A stretch of 64,000 nucleotides of DNA. It comes from Octopus sinensis. Lineage: Eukaryota. The notes under the pieces are model-generated. The model was not told the origin of the DNA. It saw only the letters and a program-made list of their open reading frames with translations, and ran no database searches. The position numbers and the translations under genes are program-made. The DNA lies in NCBI RefSeq assembly GCF_006345805.1, contig NC_043004.1, positions 73,470,001-73,534,000 of the forward strand, given 5' to 3'. This document shows positions 13,632 through 27,061 of the stretch, one piece after another. Position 1 is the stretch's first letter. Each line of letters starts with the position of its first letter.

Positions 13632-13796
13632 GGTGTAGTAGTGGGTGGGTGGTAAGTAGCTTGCTTAACAACCACATGGTTCCGGGTTCAGTCCCACTAC
13701 ATGGCACCTTGGGAAAGTGTCTTCTACAACAGCCTCGGGCCGACCAAAGCCTTTTGAGTAGATTTGGTAGACGGAAACTGAAAGAGGCCCGTCGTA

Positions 13797-13842
<46 letters not shown>

Positions 13843-13844
13843 AT

Positions 13845-13898
<54 letters not shown>

Positions 13899-14098
13899 TG
13901 TGTCTGTGTTTGTCCTCCCAACATCGCTTGACAACCGATGCTGGTGTGTTTACGTCCCCGTAAACTAGCGGTTCGGCAAAGGAGACCTATAAAATAAGTA
14001 CTAGGCTTACAAAGAATAAGTCCTGAGGTCGATTTGCTCGACTAAAGGTGGTGCTCCAGCATGGCCACAGTCAAATGACTGAAACAAGTAAAAGAGTA
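13632..14098 (+). mobile_element. SINE family A
   Basis: Full copy with expanded (TA)n(TG)n core. Confidence 0.9.
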
Positions 14099-14626
14099 AT
14101 TATATCTGCCAATCCAAAGCTCTCCCACCATACAGTAATATTTTGTTTCAAATCTATGGAACAACGCCTATAATTTTAGGGGAATATAGTTAAGTCGGTT
14201 ACGGCGATTCTAGCGCTCGTCTGCTACTTTCTTTTATCGATTCTGAAAGGACGAAAGGCAAAGTGGATCCCGGCAGAATTAGAACTAAGAATGTAGTGAC
14301 TCGGAAGAAATACGCTTGTTATTTTGTCCAACGTGCTAACGATTTTGCAGCTCGTCGCCTTAACCCTACAGAAACATAAATAATTAATGCTGTGTGAAAA
14401 TTTGGTAATAGGGAGTAAAGAATGAAAAACGAGCATTTGAAGAACGGAGATCTATTAGTTGAAGAGAAATGAAGAAAGAAAAGAAGGCGAAAGATATAAA
14501 ATATATTTTAAAGATTGACAAATTATGCGTTGTAACACTGTACACTATAATTGTTAAGTATCTGCATTAACAACTACAACATATAGTTAGTACGTTTTCT
14601 TCCTTGCGCACAAATTGTTAAATATG

Positions 14627-14657
<31 letters not shown>

Positions 14658-15632
14658 TGTGTGTGTGTGTGTGTGGTACGTGTGTACGTGTGTATTTGTA
14701 GGAATATATAACAGTTAAGAGGTAATATTCCAAATAAAAGGAAAAAGAAACCATCGTTAATCCCACAGTATCCTTAAATGGGAATTTAATGAATATTTGT
14801 AGCAGCGACTATAAATGCAGCCATGACAACAGATGCATTAAAACTCCATGAAATTACTAAAAAACAAAACAAAACAAAACAAAAGAAATAAAACCGAAAA
14901 CAAAAACAAGTATGGATTACATGGCTTCGTGAAAACAACCAACAGAGCTGAAAGAAGAAAAATGCTTCGAAATAGTTTGAATAACTTCTATATAAAAATA
15001 TTTGTTTAGATTTACTCTTAAATATTCCAGAGACTCTAACCCCCAGAAGAGAAGTGGAGAATAACAATCCCGATCTACTTGGATTGTTGTTGTTGTTGTT
15101 GTGGTGCTGGTTGTTCATTCTGCTGTGAGTCCTAATAGGGTAAATGTACGATCAAAGACATTTTAACCGTAACCAGTTTTGTTTCTAGTAGCGGATAAAT
15201 GTGATCTTTGTTTTTCGAAAAAGTATTGTGTTAATATGAATGAAGTGTGTTAGCTATTTCCTGAAGGCCCACTGACCACATGTAAACGCACTCTTTGGCA
15301 ATCAGAACCACGCATTTACTCCAAGACTTTACATACATCATCTACTCGTACATGACTTAGCAGAAATTGAGTAGGATTTACCGAATTAATCAATATAGGG
15401 TGTTACGTAATGTTTGCCATTCAGAAGACTTGATTTTGTGATTGTCTCCAGAAGAACTAATGAATATGATTGAGATAGACTTCGAGATTCTTAGAAAACA
15501 CAATCTTGTCCATAACATTAAAGTGGCCCATTTTTTGTTTTACAATTTTGTGCCAGACAATACTTGAGGATACTGTAGCGCAAAGACGTCCAAAGATGTC
15601 GATTAACAGAATTCTTAAAAGACTGGATATCT

Positions 15633-16040
15633 CTCTTTTACTCTTTTACTCTTTTAATTGTTTCAATCATTTGACTGCGGCCATGCTGGAGCACCACCTT
15701 TAGTCGAGCAAATCGACCCCGGGACTTATTCTTTGTAAGCCCAGTACTTATTCTATCGGTCTCTTTTGCTGAACCGCTAAGTGACGGGACGTAAACACAC
15801 CAATCGGTTGTCAAGCAATGCTAGGGGGACAAACACAGACACACAAACATATACACACAATATATATATACATATATACGACAGGCTCTTTCAGTTTCCG
15901 TCTACCAAATCCACTCACAAGGCATTGGTCGGCCCGGGGCTATAGCAGAAGACACTTGCCCAACATGCCACGCAGTGGGACTGAACCCGGAACGACGTGG
16001 TTGGTTAGCAAGCTACTTACCACACAGCCACTCCTGCGCC
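15633..16040 (-). mobile_element. SINE family A
   Basis: Full reverse copy. Confidence 0.9.
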
Positions 16041-16204
16041 TATCATAGACCAAAAGGAAAATAAGATGGTGTTTGTGAGTTTCAGAGATCAACAGTTCGA
16101 ATAAAGAACATGCAGGACTTCCGAAAAAAATACTACGAATTATTATATAAAAGTCGAATAAACACACACACACATTTCTATGAAATGTGTATATATATCT
16201 AATA

Positions 16205-16547
16205 GGCGTAGGAGTGGCTGTGTGGTAAGTAGCTTGCTTACCAGCCACATGGTTGCGGGTTCAATCGCACTGCGTGGTACTTTGGGCAAGTGTCTTCTAC
16301 TATAGCCTCGGGCCGACCGAAGCCTTGTGAGTGGATTTGGTAGACGGAAACTGAAAGAGCCTGTAGTATATATATATATATTATATATAATTATATATAT
16401 AATATATGCATGTGTTTGTCCCCCAACATCGCTTGACAATCGATGCTGGTGTGTTTACGTCCTGGGGTTGATTTGCTCGACTAAAGGCGGTGCTCCAGCA
16501 TGGCCACAGTCAAATGACTGAAACAAGTAAAAGAGTAAAAAAAGAGT
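16205..16547 (+). mobile_element. SINE family A with internal deletion
   Basis: GTCC joined directly to TGGGG, removing ~65 bp. Confidence 0.88.
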
Positions 16548-16926
16548 ATATCAATGACAACGACCTGCGTTCGAAAAGAAAAGTCTAAGAAGGGATAAAG
16601 ACAGCAGAGAGAATATTTCTGCACCACAGTAAGTGTATGTGTGTGTGTGTGTGTGTGGATATGTGCAGAGAAAGAAAGAGAAGGAGAGAGAGAGAGAGAG
16701 AGAGAGAGACGCACATATCTACATGCATCCAAACATACTAGTATGCCTGTGAGCGACGGTTCTAGACAAGCATATATCTTTCGCACCCAATGACCTTTCC
16801 ATCAAACCTACATACCGCCATGTTTCAACGTTCAACAGCATTTTACTTCAACAAGTCATATTCGATGTTGAGAAAGGAACTGCACATAATGTGTGGTTAC
16901 TAATACACATACACACACACACACAG

Positions 16927-16984
<58 letters not shown>

Positions 16985-17259
16985 ATAAATGGTTATGTTA
17001 TGTATATACATACATACGCGAATTTATGAACTTATGCCTTTATGCATGTTTTTAAGCATGTCTATGTGTGAGTGTTGGTATGCGTATTGGTGTGTTTTGA
17101 CTGTGTATGTGTGTGTGTGTGGTGTGTATGTGTCTATGTGTGCGTTTGTGTATGTAGTAGAAAGAGCTAATGAGTGTTAATACGAATTATTTTAATAGCT
17201 ATGTGGGTGGGTATTCACTACATCAGATTTAGATAGACAGACACACAGATAGCTAGTAT

Positions 17260-17314
<55 letters not shown>

Positions 17315-17759
17315 TGATAGATAGATAGATAGATAAATGAAGAGCTAGCTAGATTAATATATATATATAATATTATATATATGTATAATATATATTTATA
17401 TATGTCTTTGTATATTATATATATATATATATAGTATATATATATATATATGTATGTATACATACATATATTATATATATATGCATAGTATATATATTAT
17501 ATATATATATATATATATATGTTATATATATATATATATGTATATGTATTGTATACATATGTATATATACACACATATTTTATATGTATATGTATATATA
17601 CATGCATATTTATATATGTATATATCTATATATATATGTCTATATGTATATATATTTATATGTCTATATGTATATATATATATGTCTATATGTATATATG
17701 TAAATATATGTAAATAAATTTATATATATATATATTTAATATATATATATATACATATA

Positions 17760-18171
17760 GGCGCAGGAGTGGCTGTGTGGTAAGTAGCTTATTTACCAAC
17801 CACATGGTTCCGGGTTCAGTCCCACTGCGTGGCACCTTGGGCAAGTGTCTTCTGCTATAGCCTCGGGCCGACCAATGCCTTGTGAGTGGATTTGATAGAC
17901 GGAAACTGAAAGAAGACTGTCGTATATATGTATATATATATGTGTATGTGTGTGTATATGTTTGTGTGTCTGTGTTTGTCCCCCCACCATCGCTTGACAA
18001 CCGATGCTGGTGTGTTTACGTCCCCGTCACTTAGCGGTTCGGCAAAAAGAGACCGATAGAATAAGTACTGGGGCTTACAAGAAATAAGTCCGGGGTCGAT
18101 TTGCTCGACTAAAGGTGGTGCTCCAGCATGGCCGCAGTCAAATGACTGAAACAAGTAAAAGAGTAAAAGAG

Positions 18172-18172
<1 letters not shown>
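17760..18172 (+). mobile_element. SINE family A reference-like copy: tRNA-derived head, CORE-like segment, internal microsatellite, (AAAAGAGT)n tail
   Basis: GGCGCAGGAGTGGCTGTGTGG (A box) ... GGGTTCAGTCCC (B-box-like), CACCTTGGGCAAGT (MIR/CORE-like), (TA)/(TG) block, tail CAAGTAAAAGAGTAAAAGAG; more than 12 copies in the window. Confidence 0.92.
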
Positions 18173-18202
<30 letters not shown>

Positions 18203-18929
18203 CTGTGTTATTAAATTGATAGATAGATTGACACAAAATACTACAGACTGAAACAAGAGGAGGGAGAAAGAAAGACATCAGATAAACAGAAAGAGAGATA
18301 GACAGAATGAGAGAGAGAAAGAGTGAAAGAGAGAGAAAGAAAGAGAGAAAGAAAGAGAGAGAAAGAAAGAGAGAGAAGTCAGATGGCAGAAATTTAGAAA
18401 AAGAAAGAGAAATGGGGGTCAAATTGAGATCATAGAACCTAAATAAATTGTTATATTTAATGGAATGAAACCAAAATTTGGCAGCAATTATCGCTCTGCC
18501 ATTTATTTGTAAAGTGTGTAGAATCTAAGACTTAAACCAAACAGAAGAGGGACTATATGGGGTATAGGGGGGTGTTTGTGTGTGTGGGGGTGAAGCGTTT
18601 GTAGAAATGTGTCTCTGTGATGGTAGTCTATATATGTTTGTAGAATGTGTGGTCTTGCCTTTGTGTGTGGTGTATGGTGAGATTTGAGAAGGGTGCAGAT
18701 ATATGTGGATCATGTATTCTATGTGTGTATGTGTACTTTAGGGATGTAAGGAGGTGTGGAAAAAGAGTACGGAGACATGTAACGTTGGAAGATAAGAATG
18801 AAGGAAAGTCAGAGGGAAAGCTATGATCTATAATTCGTGCAACATTGCACCTATTCAACTTCTCCTTTGTCTCCCGACATCTGCTAACAAATATTGCTAA
18901 CTAGATCACATGATTACTGACTGCACCTA

Positions 18930-19330
18930 TTGATGGCGGTGAGGACAATCGTGGTGATGGTGGTGACGGTGGTGGTGCTGCTGGTAGATGTGGTGGTGGC
19001 GGTGGTGTTAGGTGGTTGTAATGCTGGTAGTGTTCATGATGACTGCAGTGTTCGTGATGATGCGGGTGATAGATGTATTAATGGTGATGATGGTGATGAT
19101 GGCAGTGGTGGCGGTTGTGATGGTGTTAATGGTGGTGGTGATAACGGTAGCTGTACTAGTAGTTGTGGTGGGGGTAGATGTGGTAATGGTGGTGATGTCA
19201 TTAGTGGTGGTAGTGGTGGTGGTAGCTGCTGTGGTTTTTGTTTATGGTATGATGATTGTTGTGGCGGTGGTAGTAGATGTGATGGTAGTGGTGGTAGCAG
19301 TAATGCAAATAGTGGTAGTAATAGTGGTGC

Positions 19331-19362
<32 letters not shown>

Positions 19363-19470
19363 TTGGTGGTGGTGGTGTTGGTGGTAGTAGTAGTTGTTGT
19401 CGTAGAGGTGGTTGTAGTTGTGGTGATGGTGGTCGTAGAGCTGGTGTTAGTGATGTTGTTTACAGTAGTT
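18930..19470. repeat. Degenerate (GGT/GAT/AGT)n trinucleotide tract
   Basis: Seen directly; similar tracts at 9415-9670, 30790-31200 and 48320-48530. Confidence 0.92.
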
Positions 19471-19901
19471 GATTGAGGCGGGAGGTGGGGGTGGCGGAGG
19501 AAGGATGGCGATGAAGAGTCTGGCGGTGGGGACGAGGTCAATATTTCTGGCTGTCAACACCAGCAATGTAGAATGCCAAGTAGTGTTTATGACAGCTGAT
19601 GATGCAGTGAGGTGTGGGAGGAGGAGAGATGTGAAGTGAAGTGCTGGTTGTTAACGTTATGACGTTGTTTAGCGTGAGGTTAATTTTTGTTGCTTTTTAA
19701 AAGTTTCTCAAGCCAAACTGCTTGGGAATGGATTTAAGAGACCGGATTAGAGACCCAGCTAACATCATCGTTCATACAATGCAATAGAAGACGTTAATGT
19801 CAAGTCCCTGGCTCATTCATAAGATGCTTGATTATCTATCTATCAATCAATCATCAATCAGTCTATCTATCTATCTATCTATCAATCTATCTATCTATCT
19901 A

Positions 19902-19961
<60 letters not shown>

Positions 19962-19991
19962 ATCTGTCTGTCTGGCTGTCTGTCTGTCTAT

Positions 19992-20030
<39 letters not shown>

Positions 20031-20031
<1 letters not shown>

Positions 20032-20591
20032 TGGGTTGTTCAGAACGTTCATGTCGATTTTTAAAGGAAAGAAAAAGGTCATAAATATCTTCCATTACAT
20101 TTTTAATCAAACCATATGACCCATTTTGTTGCACAATGCGTCTCCATTGTTCCCTTTAATTTGAAATTACCATCTTCCCGAATTGAGGTGTTTTCATGGC
20201 AAACAATTCATCAAGGATCTTTTTACGCCATCCAAGGAATTGAAATTTTTACCATTAAGACTCTCTGCAGAGACCTGAATAAGTGGAAATCTGAAGGGCA
20301 ATATTAGTGAATATGGAGGGTGGGGTGGTAACACGTCCCAGCCGAGCTGCAGCAGTTTTGTTGGTTCCCAAAGCATCAATTGCCGAAAAATGAACTTTCT
20401 TATCTTCCATTTTAAAGGTTACAGAATTAACACAGGTTATAGGAACATTAAACCTTCTCCACGAAAAGATAGCTTAAACTGTGCTCTAAATGGAGGTGTA
20501 GTCAAATTCTATTTTATGGGCTCAACCATGTTCTAAAATAAGTCGAAAGGTAAGCTACTATAAATCGGCGCGTACTTTCCGGACAACCCAA
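20031..20591 (-). mobile_element. Internally deleted mariner element with TIRs and TA target duplication
   Basis: 30-bp TIRs TTGGGTTGTTCAGAACGTTCATGTCGATTT vs TTGGGTTGTCCGGAAAGTACGCGCCGATTT (23/30). TA on both sides inside (TATC)n. Minus-strand remnants MEDKKVHF.. fused to LQLGWDVLPPHPPYS..SLNGKNFNSLDGVK. Confidence 0.9.
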
Positions 20592-20662
<71 letters not shown>

Positions 20663-21171
20663 AGTCGAATAAGAATGAGAAAGTCCTTGGTCCAATATAT
20701 AGCTGAAGAAATGAATGGGAATGGCTTTTCTGATAGTTTTTCCACTTAGATGATGAAACGTTTATATGCTCACAACAATCGTTTCGACACATTCTACATC
20801 CATACCGCGCGGGTAGGAAACTGTACATCTAGTTGTGGTCCATTCCTCGGTACAGAAGCATTTCGTCAAGTGGTGTAATAAGAGCTATCTCGTTAAATGA
20901 ACTCTGTTTCACTCGGATTTAATATAGCATGTTGTTAATGACCGTCGTTTTAAGCCGTTGGGCCATACACACACACATACAAACACACACACACACCACA
21001 CACACTCACATACACATATGTTTATACATATTCTTTTATTTTTTAGTTGTTTGAGTCATTTGACTATGGCCATGCTGGAGCACCGTCTTAAAAGGTTTTT
21101 AGTCGAACAAATCGACCCCAGGACTTATTCTTTGTAAGCCATGTACTTATTCTATCGGCGTTTTTGACCGA

Positions 21172-21250
<79 letters not shown>

Positions 21251-21259
21251 ATATATATA

Positions 21260-21450
21260 GGGAGAATTCACAAAAAAAGCAAAAGACGAAGACAGGTGGT
21301 GTAGACAACAAGTATGTGTTAGTATAACGCTCGGGAAGTGAAAAAGTCTTTAACGTTTCGAACCTATGCTCTTCCAGAGAAAGGAGCACAGAAAGAAACA
21401 AGGAGAGAAAATAACGAATGTGTAGTGGCTAGCGATCTATCATGGCGAAT
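21260..21450 (-). mobile_element. Penelope-like terminal repeat fragment in (TA)n
   Basis: Related to 42345-42520; hammerhead-like GAGC-ATAG-GTTC-GAAACGTT motif. Confidence 0.55.
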
Positions 21451-22079
21451 ATATATATGTGTGTGTATATACATACATGCATATATATATTCCTTTCTCT
21501 TGCTCAAACTACTCACCTCCATAACAAGGACAACGATATAACTCATAGCGTTATACTGTCCACCACCAAAACGCTCACCTCAACAACAGCAACAGAAATG
21601 GAATAACAATAACATGAACGTTACCCAAAATGACATTTATAAATTACATCAATGTAAACAACAAAGCTGCCGCCGCAGCCATCACTACAAACATACTGTC
21701 ACCGCAGCCATCACAACAAACTCTAAACGAAGTGGTCTACCACTACCACCACCAACACCAAATAACATTACTAAGGTTAACATACAAAATTCAAACCTAC
21801 ACCACAATCACATTACAACTGTGGCTAGTACCATAGGTTAGTCCACATCCCTGTAAGGAGCAGAGGGCTGCTTCCCTCGTATCTCTGACGTATATATTCT
21901 TCCCTGGACACATTCTTATCAGCTTAGTGGACTTGAGCAACGTGAAAGGAAGTCGTTTGTTCAAGTACACGGCGCATCGCTCGGTCTAGGAATCGAAACC
22001 ACACTCTTACGATCATGAATCCAAAACCATAATCATGGTGCCATATACCTCCATTGCCAGTACCATAGTTATCCTTATT

Positions 22080-22770
22080 TCTGATTGAAACAAAAGTAGC
22101 AGATTCGTGGGGAATGAGTTAATCAATACCACCGAGATCAATACTATATCGGTATTGTGTCTTATCGCTACTGGAGGGGGTGAAAGCAAAGTTGACCTTG
22201 GCAGTATTTGAACTCAGAATGCACAGAGCCGGTAGAAATGCTGGAAAGTATTTCTTACGACGCTCTAGCAATCCTACCAACTCGCCATCATCGAACGGAT
22301 AAAAAAAGGCAATGTCACATGTAGCGGAATTTGAACTCAGAACATAAAGTTTGAAGAAATACTATTCAGCTCTTTGTCCGGCGTGGCAACGGTTCTACCA
22401 GCTTGCTACTTTGCCTCTACTATAACAGTAATATAATAGTTTCAAATTTTAGCTTAAGGCCAGCAATTAGTCACCCTAGTATTTGGCTGGTATCTATTTT
22501 ATCGATCGATCAGCGGAATGTCAACACAGAACGTAAAGCCGGACGAAATGCCACTAAACATTTTGTCCGACATACTAACAATTCCGCGAGCTTGGTTTCA
22601 AATTTTGGCACAAAGCCAGCAATTCCGAGGGAGTGGGGTTGAGTCGATCAACCGGTTCTTATTTTATCGAATGCGAAAGGAGGAATTTGAACTCAAAACG
22701 TATAACCGGATGAAATACCACTAAGCATTTTGTCCGGCGGCCTAATGGTTCTACCAGCTCGCAGCCTCAG
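22080..22770 (-). mobile_element. Cluster of decayed SINE family B fragments
   Basis: Repeated AATTTGAACTCAGAAC-like motifs, three to four times. Confidence 0.7.
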
Positions 22771-23403
22771 AAACATCAATAATAACAACAGCAAACGGCA
22801 AAACGACGACCTTGGATGACTGAAATGACAGTGAAGGCATAAATTTCTGCAAATGATACACTTTCTCACCCCCTATTTCATTGGTTCAATCCCACCTCAC
22901 TCCGCTACTTCCAATTTATTGGTTTTTCTTCTTGTATTGCTTCAGAGTATGTGTCTTTTCTTTTGCTTTGCATGAATTTTGTATGTTTTATGTTAGGTTT
23001 GTTTTCATAACTTTTATTATTGTTCGATTATTTATTTTTGTTTTTGTTCCATCAATCATTTTAATGGCGTTACTTCGGTGTCGGGGTCTAAAGGAAAAAA
23101 CACAAAGAAAACAAACACACACAAGATCATGAAAGCACAAACACACACACACACACACACACAAACATAGACATATACGTTACGTCCAGACACGCGCATA
23201 CATATATGCACCGATAGACGAAGACAGTCGTCGTACACAGTCATACAAAAATACATGCACAACCCTATATACAACCCCATACAATTAGACAGGCAGATGC
23301 ACATATACGCACAAATACGCAAATGAATATATATACGTAAGTTCGGCACAAATACATACATATACACACGTATGCGCAGAAGTATATATATATATATATT
23401 ATA

Positions 23404-23434
<31 letters not shown>

Positions 23435-24040
23435 GATATATCTTATACAAAAATACACGCTTATACGCAAACGATATACGTACAACGATATGAGTTCATA
23501 GCAGACAAATACACTGTCGTATATATACATAGCTATCTATATAACGTATAAAACAGTTACATATACATGGATTTACATACATACTGACACACTTATACTT
23601 ACACATACACGCTCGCATTCATAACTATGCGCGCGCACACACATATATACGTATACACAATATATACACTGGTATAGACAACAAATGAACAAATACGGTC
23701 ACATACGATTACAGATAAATATCAACCGAAACACATGCGCACACACTTAGATGTAAGTACTATATTCACAAATGTATACATGTCTTAAGACATTCGTACC
23801 TTGCCTACAGACAAACACACACACACACACATCTTTCTCGATCAGCATTTTTCGGACGATCATGGGCCCTGTTAGTGTATATGTTTTCATTCATGTGCGG
23901 TTTAGCTCTTATTTCTAGCAATGTTTCCTAACACCATAGTCACATTTAGTGACGTTGGTAATACTCCTTTTTGGCGAAACATTGCAAAGTGGTGTTTATA
24001 TTAATTATATATATATATATAGGTGGGTGTGTGTTGGTGC

Positions 24041-24087
<47 letters not shown>

Positions 24088-24653
24088 TATATATATATAA
24101 TATATATATGCAGGAAATACATACATACATACCTGCATACATATATATATGGATATATATATATAAATGCGACATGCATATATATATATATTATATATAA
24201 CGCGCGCCCGCATGTACACATGTGTGTATGTGTGCATAGCAATGTAATGAGTGAAATATATAAAACGTATATTTTCACATCGGGGCAGACATGCTGTGTG
24301 GAACCCCGTGGTATATACATATGTATATGTATCTGTATTGTGCCTGTTTGTAGTTGACAGATGCGCATCTTCAGAACGGGTATTGTGTTGTTTAGTGGTA
24401 TCAATTAAGTATCAGATTTTGAAAAAAGTAATGGGTCAGTTTGTGCAACCAAACCCTTCAAGGCGGTGCCCCATCAACAACAACAACAACAACAACAGCA
24501 GCAATAATAATAATAATGTCTGTCTGAGGTCCTTGTTGTGGATTCACAAACAGTACAAAACCCCGGTATCTTCAATCAACAACCTCACGATATTTTATAC
24601 TATGCGACGTCTATAGTAATAATATAATAATAATAATAATAATAATAATTAAT

Positions 24654-24717
<64 letters not shown>

Positions 24718-25237
24718 GCACAGAAATGGTAAGAACATGAACCAGAAGGAGTCACCAAGAACAATGAATATTAGATAATGTGGGATTTTATAATTCAATG
24801 TAACTCCCTAATCGAGGCTCGGAAACCGGATATTGTTGTGGTAGATAAAGGGAAAAAGGAAACCAAGATCATAGATATTGCAATACCCCGATATGCACGC
24901 ATAAGTGATAAAGAACTAGAAAAGATTGAAAAGTAAAGACTACTAAATGACGAAATTGCAAGAATGTGGACCCTGAGGAGAGTGTCTCTCATTCCAATAG
25001 TTGTAAGGGCACTAGGAGCAATAAGAACCAAGTTCCAGAAATATGTCAAAGAAATCGGAATTGATATGAGACCAGAGCAAGCCCAAAAGACTGCTCTGTT
25101 GGGGACAGCTAGGACTTTGGGATTGATTCTTGGATGTTAAATGACTCCCGAGATAATTAACAGCCAAGTATCAAAGCTTATTATGTGCGGAAAGAGACCT
25201 TGTGAGACATCTGACAGCAGACTGCTGTCCGCTCTCA
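24718..25237 (+). mobile_element. 5'-truncated R4/Dong-like RLE retrotransposon 3' end adjoining (TAA)n
   Basis: 24718-25140 reads W*EHEPEGVTKNNEY*IMWDFIIQCNSLIEARKPDIVVVDKGKKETKIIDIAIP..KELEKIEK*RLL..IPIVVRALG..AQKTALLGTARTL, a PD..D-type restriction-like endonuclease with three internal stops. Preceded directly by ~95 bp of (TAA)n. Confidence 0.88.
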
Positions 25238-25337
25238 NNNNNNNNNNNNNNNNNNNNNNNNNNNNNNNNNNNNNNNNNNNNNNNNNNNNNNNNNNNNNNN
25301 NNNNNNNNNNNNNNNNNNNNNNNNNNNNNNNNNNNNN
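25238..25337. other. Assembly gap (100 N)
   Basis: Run of exactly 100 N, typical of a gap of unknown size. Confidence 0.99.
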
Positions 25338-25388
25338 CAGTGACTTACGAAAGCCACACAGATACCCACGGATATAGATAGGATGATT

Positions 25389-25437
<49 letters not shown>

Positions 25438-25662
25438 GAATATATGAACAGATGTAAACACACACACACTCTCTCGATCATATACACGTCTTTTCTGAGA
25501 CAGACATTTTTATCCTCGTCTGTCTGTTTACTCCACTCTTTCGCGCGCGACACACACACATGCATTATATTTCGATGTGTGTATGTGTGCGAATGCGTCC
25601 GTGCGTAGATGTATTGATTGATCTTAATGCGTAGTACGTATTAGTTGTCGCTATGTATATAC

Positions 25663-25696
<34 letters not shown>

Positions 25697-26049
25697 GCAC
25701 ATGTACACATTTAAAATGCACAAGCTATGTATGCGGGCACGTAGATATGTATATATGTACGTATGCATGTATCTCTGTATGTGTGTGTATATATGAATGC
25801 ATGTGGTAGGTAAGTAAACATATACTTTTACACACACACACACACACACTCGAACGGATATGCAAACGATAAAACTACAAAAGCAGACATGTGTTGTGTG
25901 TGTATTCGTGTACTCGTATATATTATATACACAAAGATATACACACCGGTTTGTATTTAATTGCAGATCAATTTCTTTGTTATATAAACTTTAACAAACA
26001 ACTGGTGATTAGAGACAGTAAAAAGTAAAACAAAAAAACATCTACTTAC

Positions 26050-27061
26050 GGACACATTCCTTAGCATTTTGCTCCGTAGCTCGTGACCATGGTATATCGA
26101 AATGAAAGGTTTTGCACCTCTCACAAGAATCTCCAGCCGTGTTGTGTTGACAATTGCATACGGTTTGACCATCGCTGTTTTTACTGCATGAACTGGCGTG
26201 ACCATTGCATTTGCAACGGCCACCGACAGCCAGGTTAGACAGGGAGTAGTAATAACTCTCTCTGGCTCCGACTTCGCCTGAATTTTCATCTCCAAAGGTA
26301 CTCAACTTGTCAAAGACGAACATTATGTCTGTAGCGGTGACCCAGTCCCATAAGACGGGGCTGTTATCGAAATCCGCGGGTCGGTTCTCCAGGGTATTGA
26401 ACGCTACTCTTGTACCCCCCGATGTATTTATATTGCTGTGCACGTTACTGCACAATGCTTCCTGTTGGTTAGCCTTCGTGATCACCACTCCAGGTTTTTT
26501 CCCGTACATTTTGATGCAGTTGCGCGAATAATATTGAAAAGGTATCCATGAGCGGCCGAAATCCATGCTTTTGTAAATGGCCATCGAATCAGGTTTGGCC
26601 GAACAGAATTGGAGTAGAATATATGTAAGTTCATATTTTTTACCCAGTGACAACTTAAGGGTAACGTTTTTCGGATACTGCACGAAAGGCTCAGACATCC
26701 AACAGGTGAGATTGTTTGAGTTATTATTGTCCGTAAGGTAAGAGGCCGGGTGTCGGCGCTTCGGGTGTTCTGCATCACAAGTGAAACAATTTCGGACCAC
26801 TTTACCGTCGCTGTCCACTGAGGACTTGCAATAGCGACTTGGTGGGGTGCCACACGTTGACGAAGCCACCACTTCTTTCCCGTAGGCTACATTTACAAAT
26901 TCGGCTACGCACATTTTCGGTTTGTTCAAAGAATCATAGCAAGAATTCGGTGCTGTCGCTTGATCGTCCATAATCCTGTCGGCCAGTGTTATCGGTAAAG
27001 CGTAACAGACCCAGAGAAGTAGCCCTACATAGAGTGACCGTAGAACACAGCGTGAAGCCAT
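26050..27061 (-). CDS. netrin: Netrin (UNC-6/netrin-1 family) first coding exon: signal peptide, laminin N-terminal (VI) domain, first laminin-EGF repeat; gene continues beyond a phase-1 intron
   Basis: ORF 26042-27178 has netrin hallmarks: EFVNVAYGKEVVASSTCG, KRRHPASYLTD, LSLGKKYELTY, KPDSMAIYKSMDFGRSWIPFQYYS, [49 protein letters not shown]. A hydrophobic signal peptide follows the ATG at 27061 (aaaacaATGG). The exon ends GAA TGT GTC C|GTAAGT (donor GT at 26049-26048); the terminal 'RK*' of the ORF is intron read-through. In-frame upstream ATGs lie at 27133 and 27178. Confidence 0.96.

Noticed and set aside
18930-19541. Gly/Cys-rich, poly-Val and poly-Thr ORFs resembling structural or mucin proteins
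   Set aside because: Degenerate (GGT)n tract open in several frames; no splice or domain evidence.
25957-26853. Alternative-frame and antisense ORFs overlapping the netrin exon
   Set aside because: Shadow ORFs of the real CDS.
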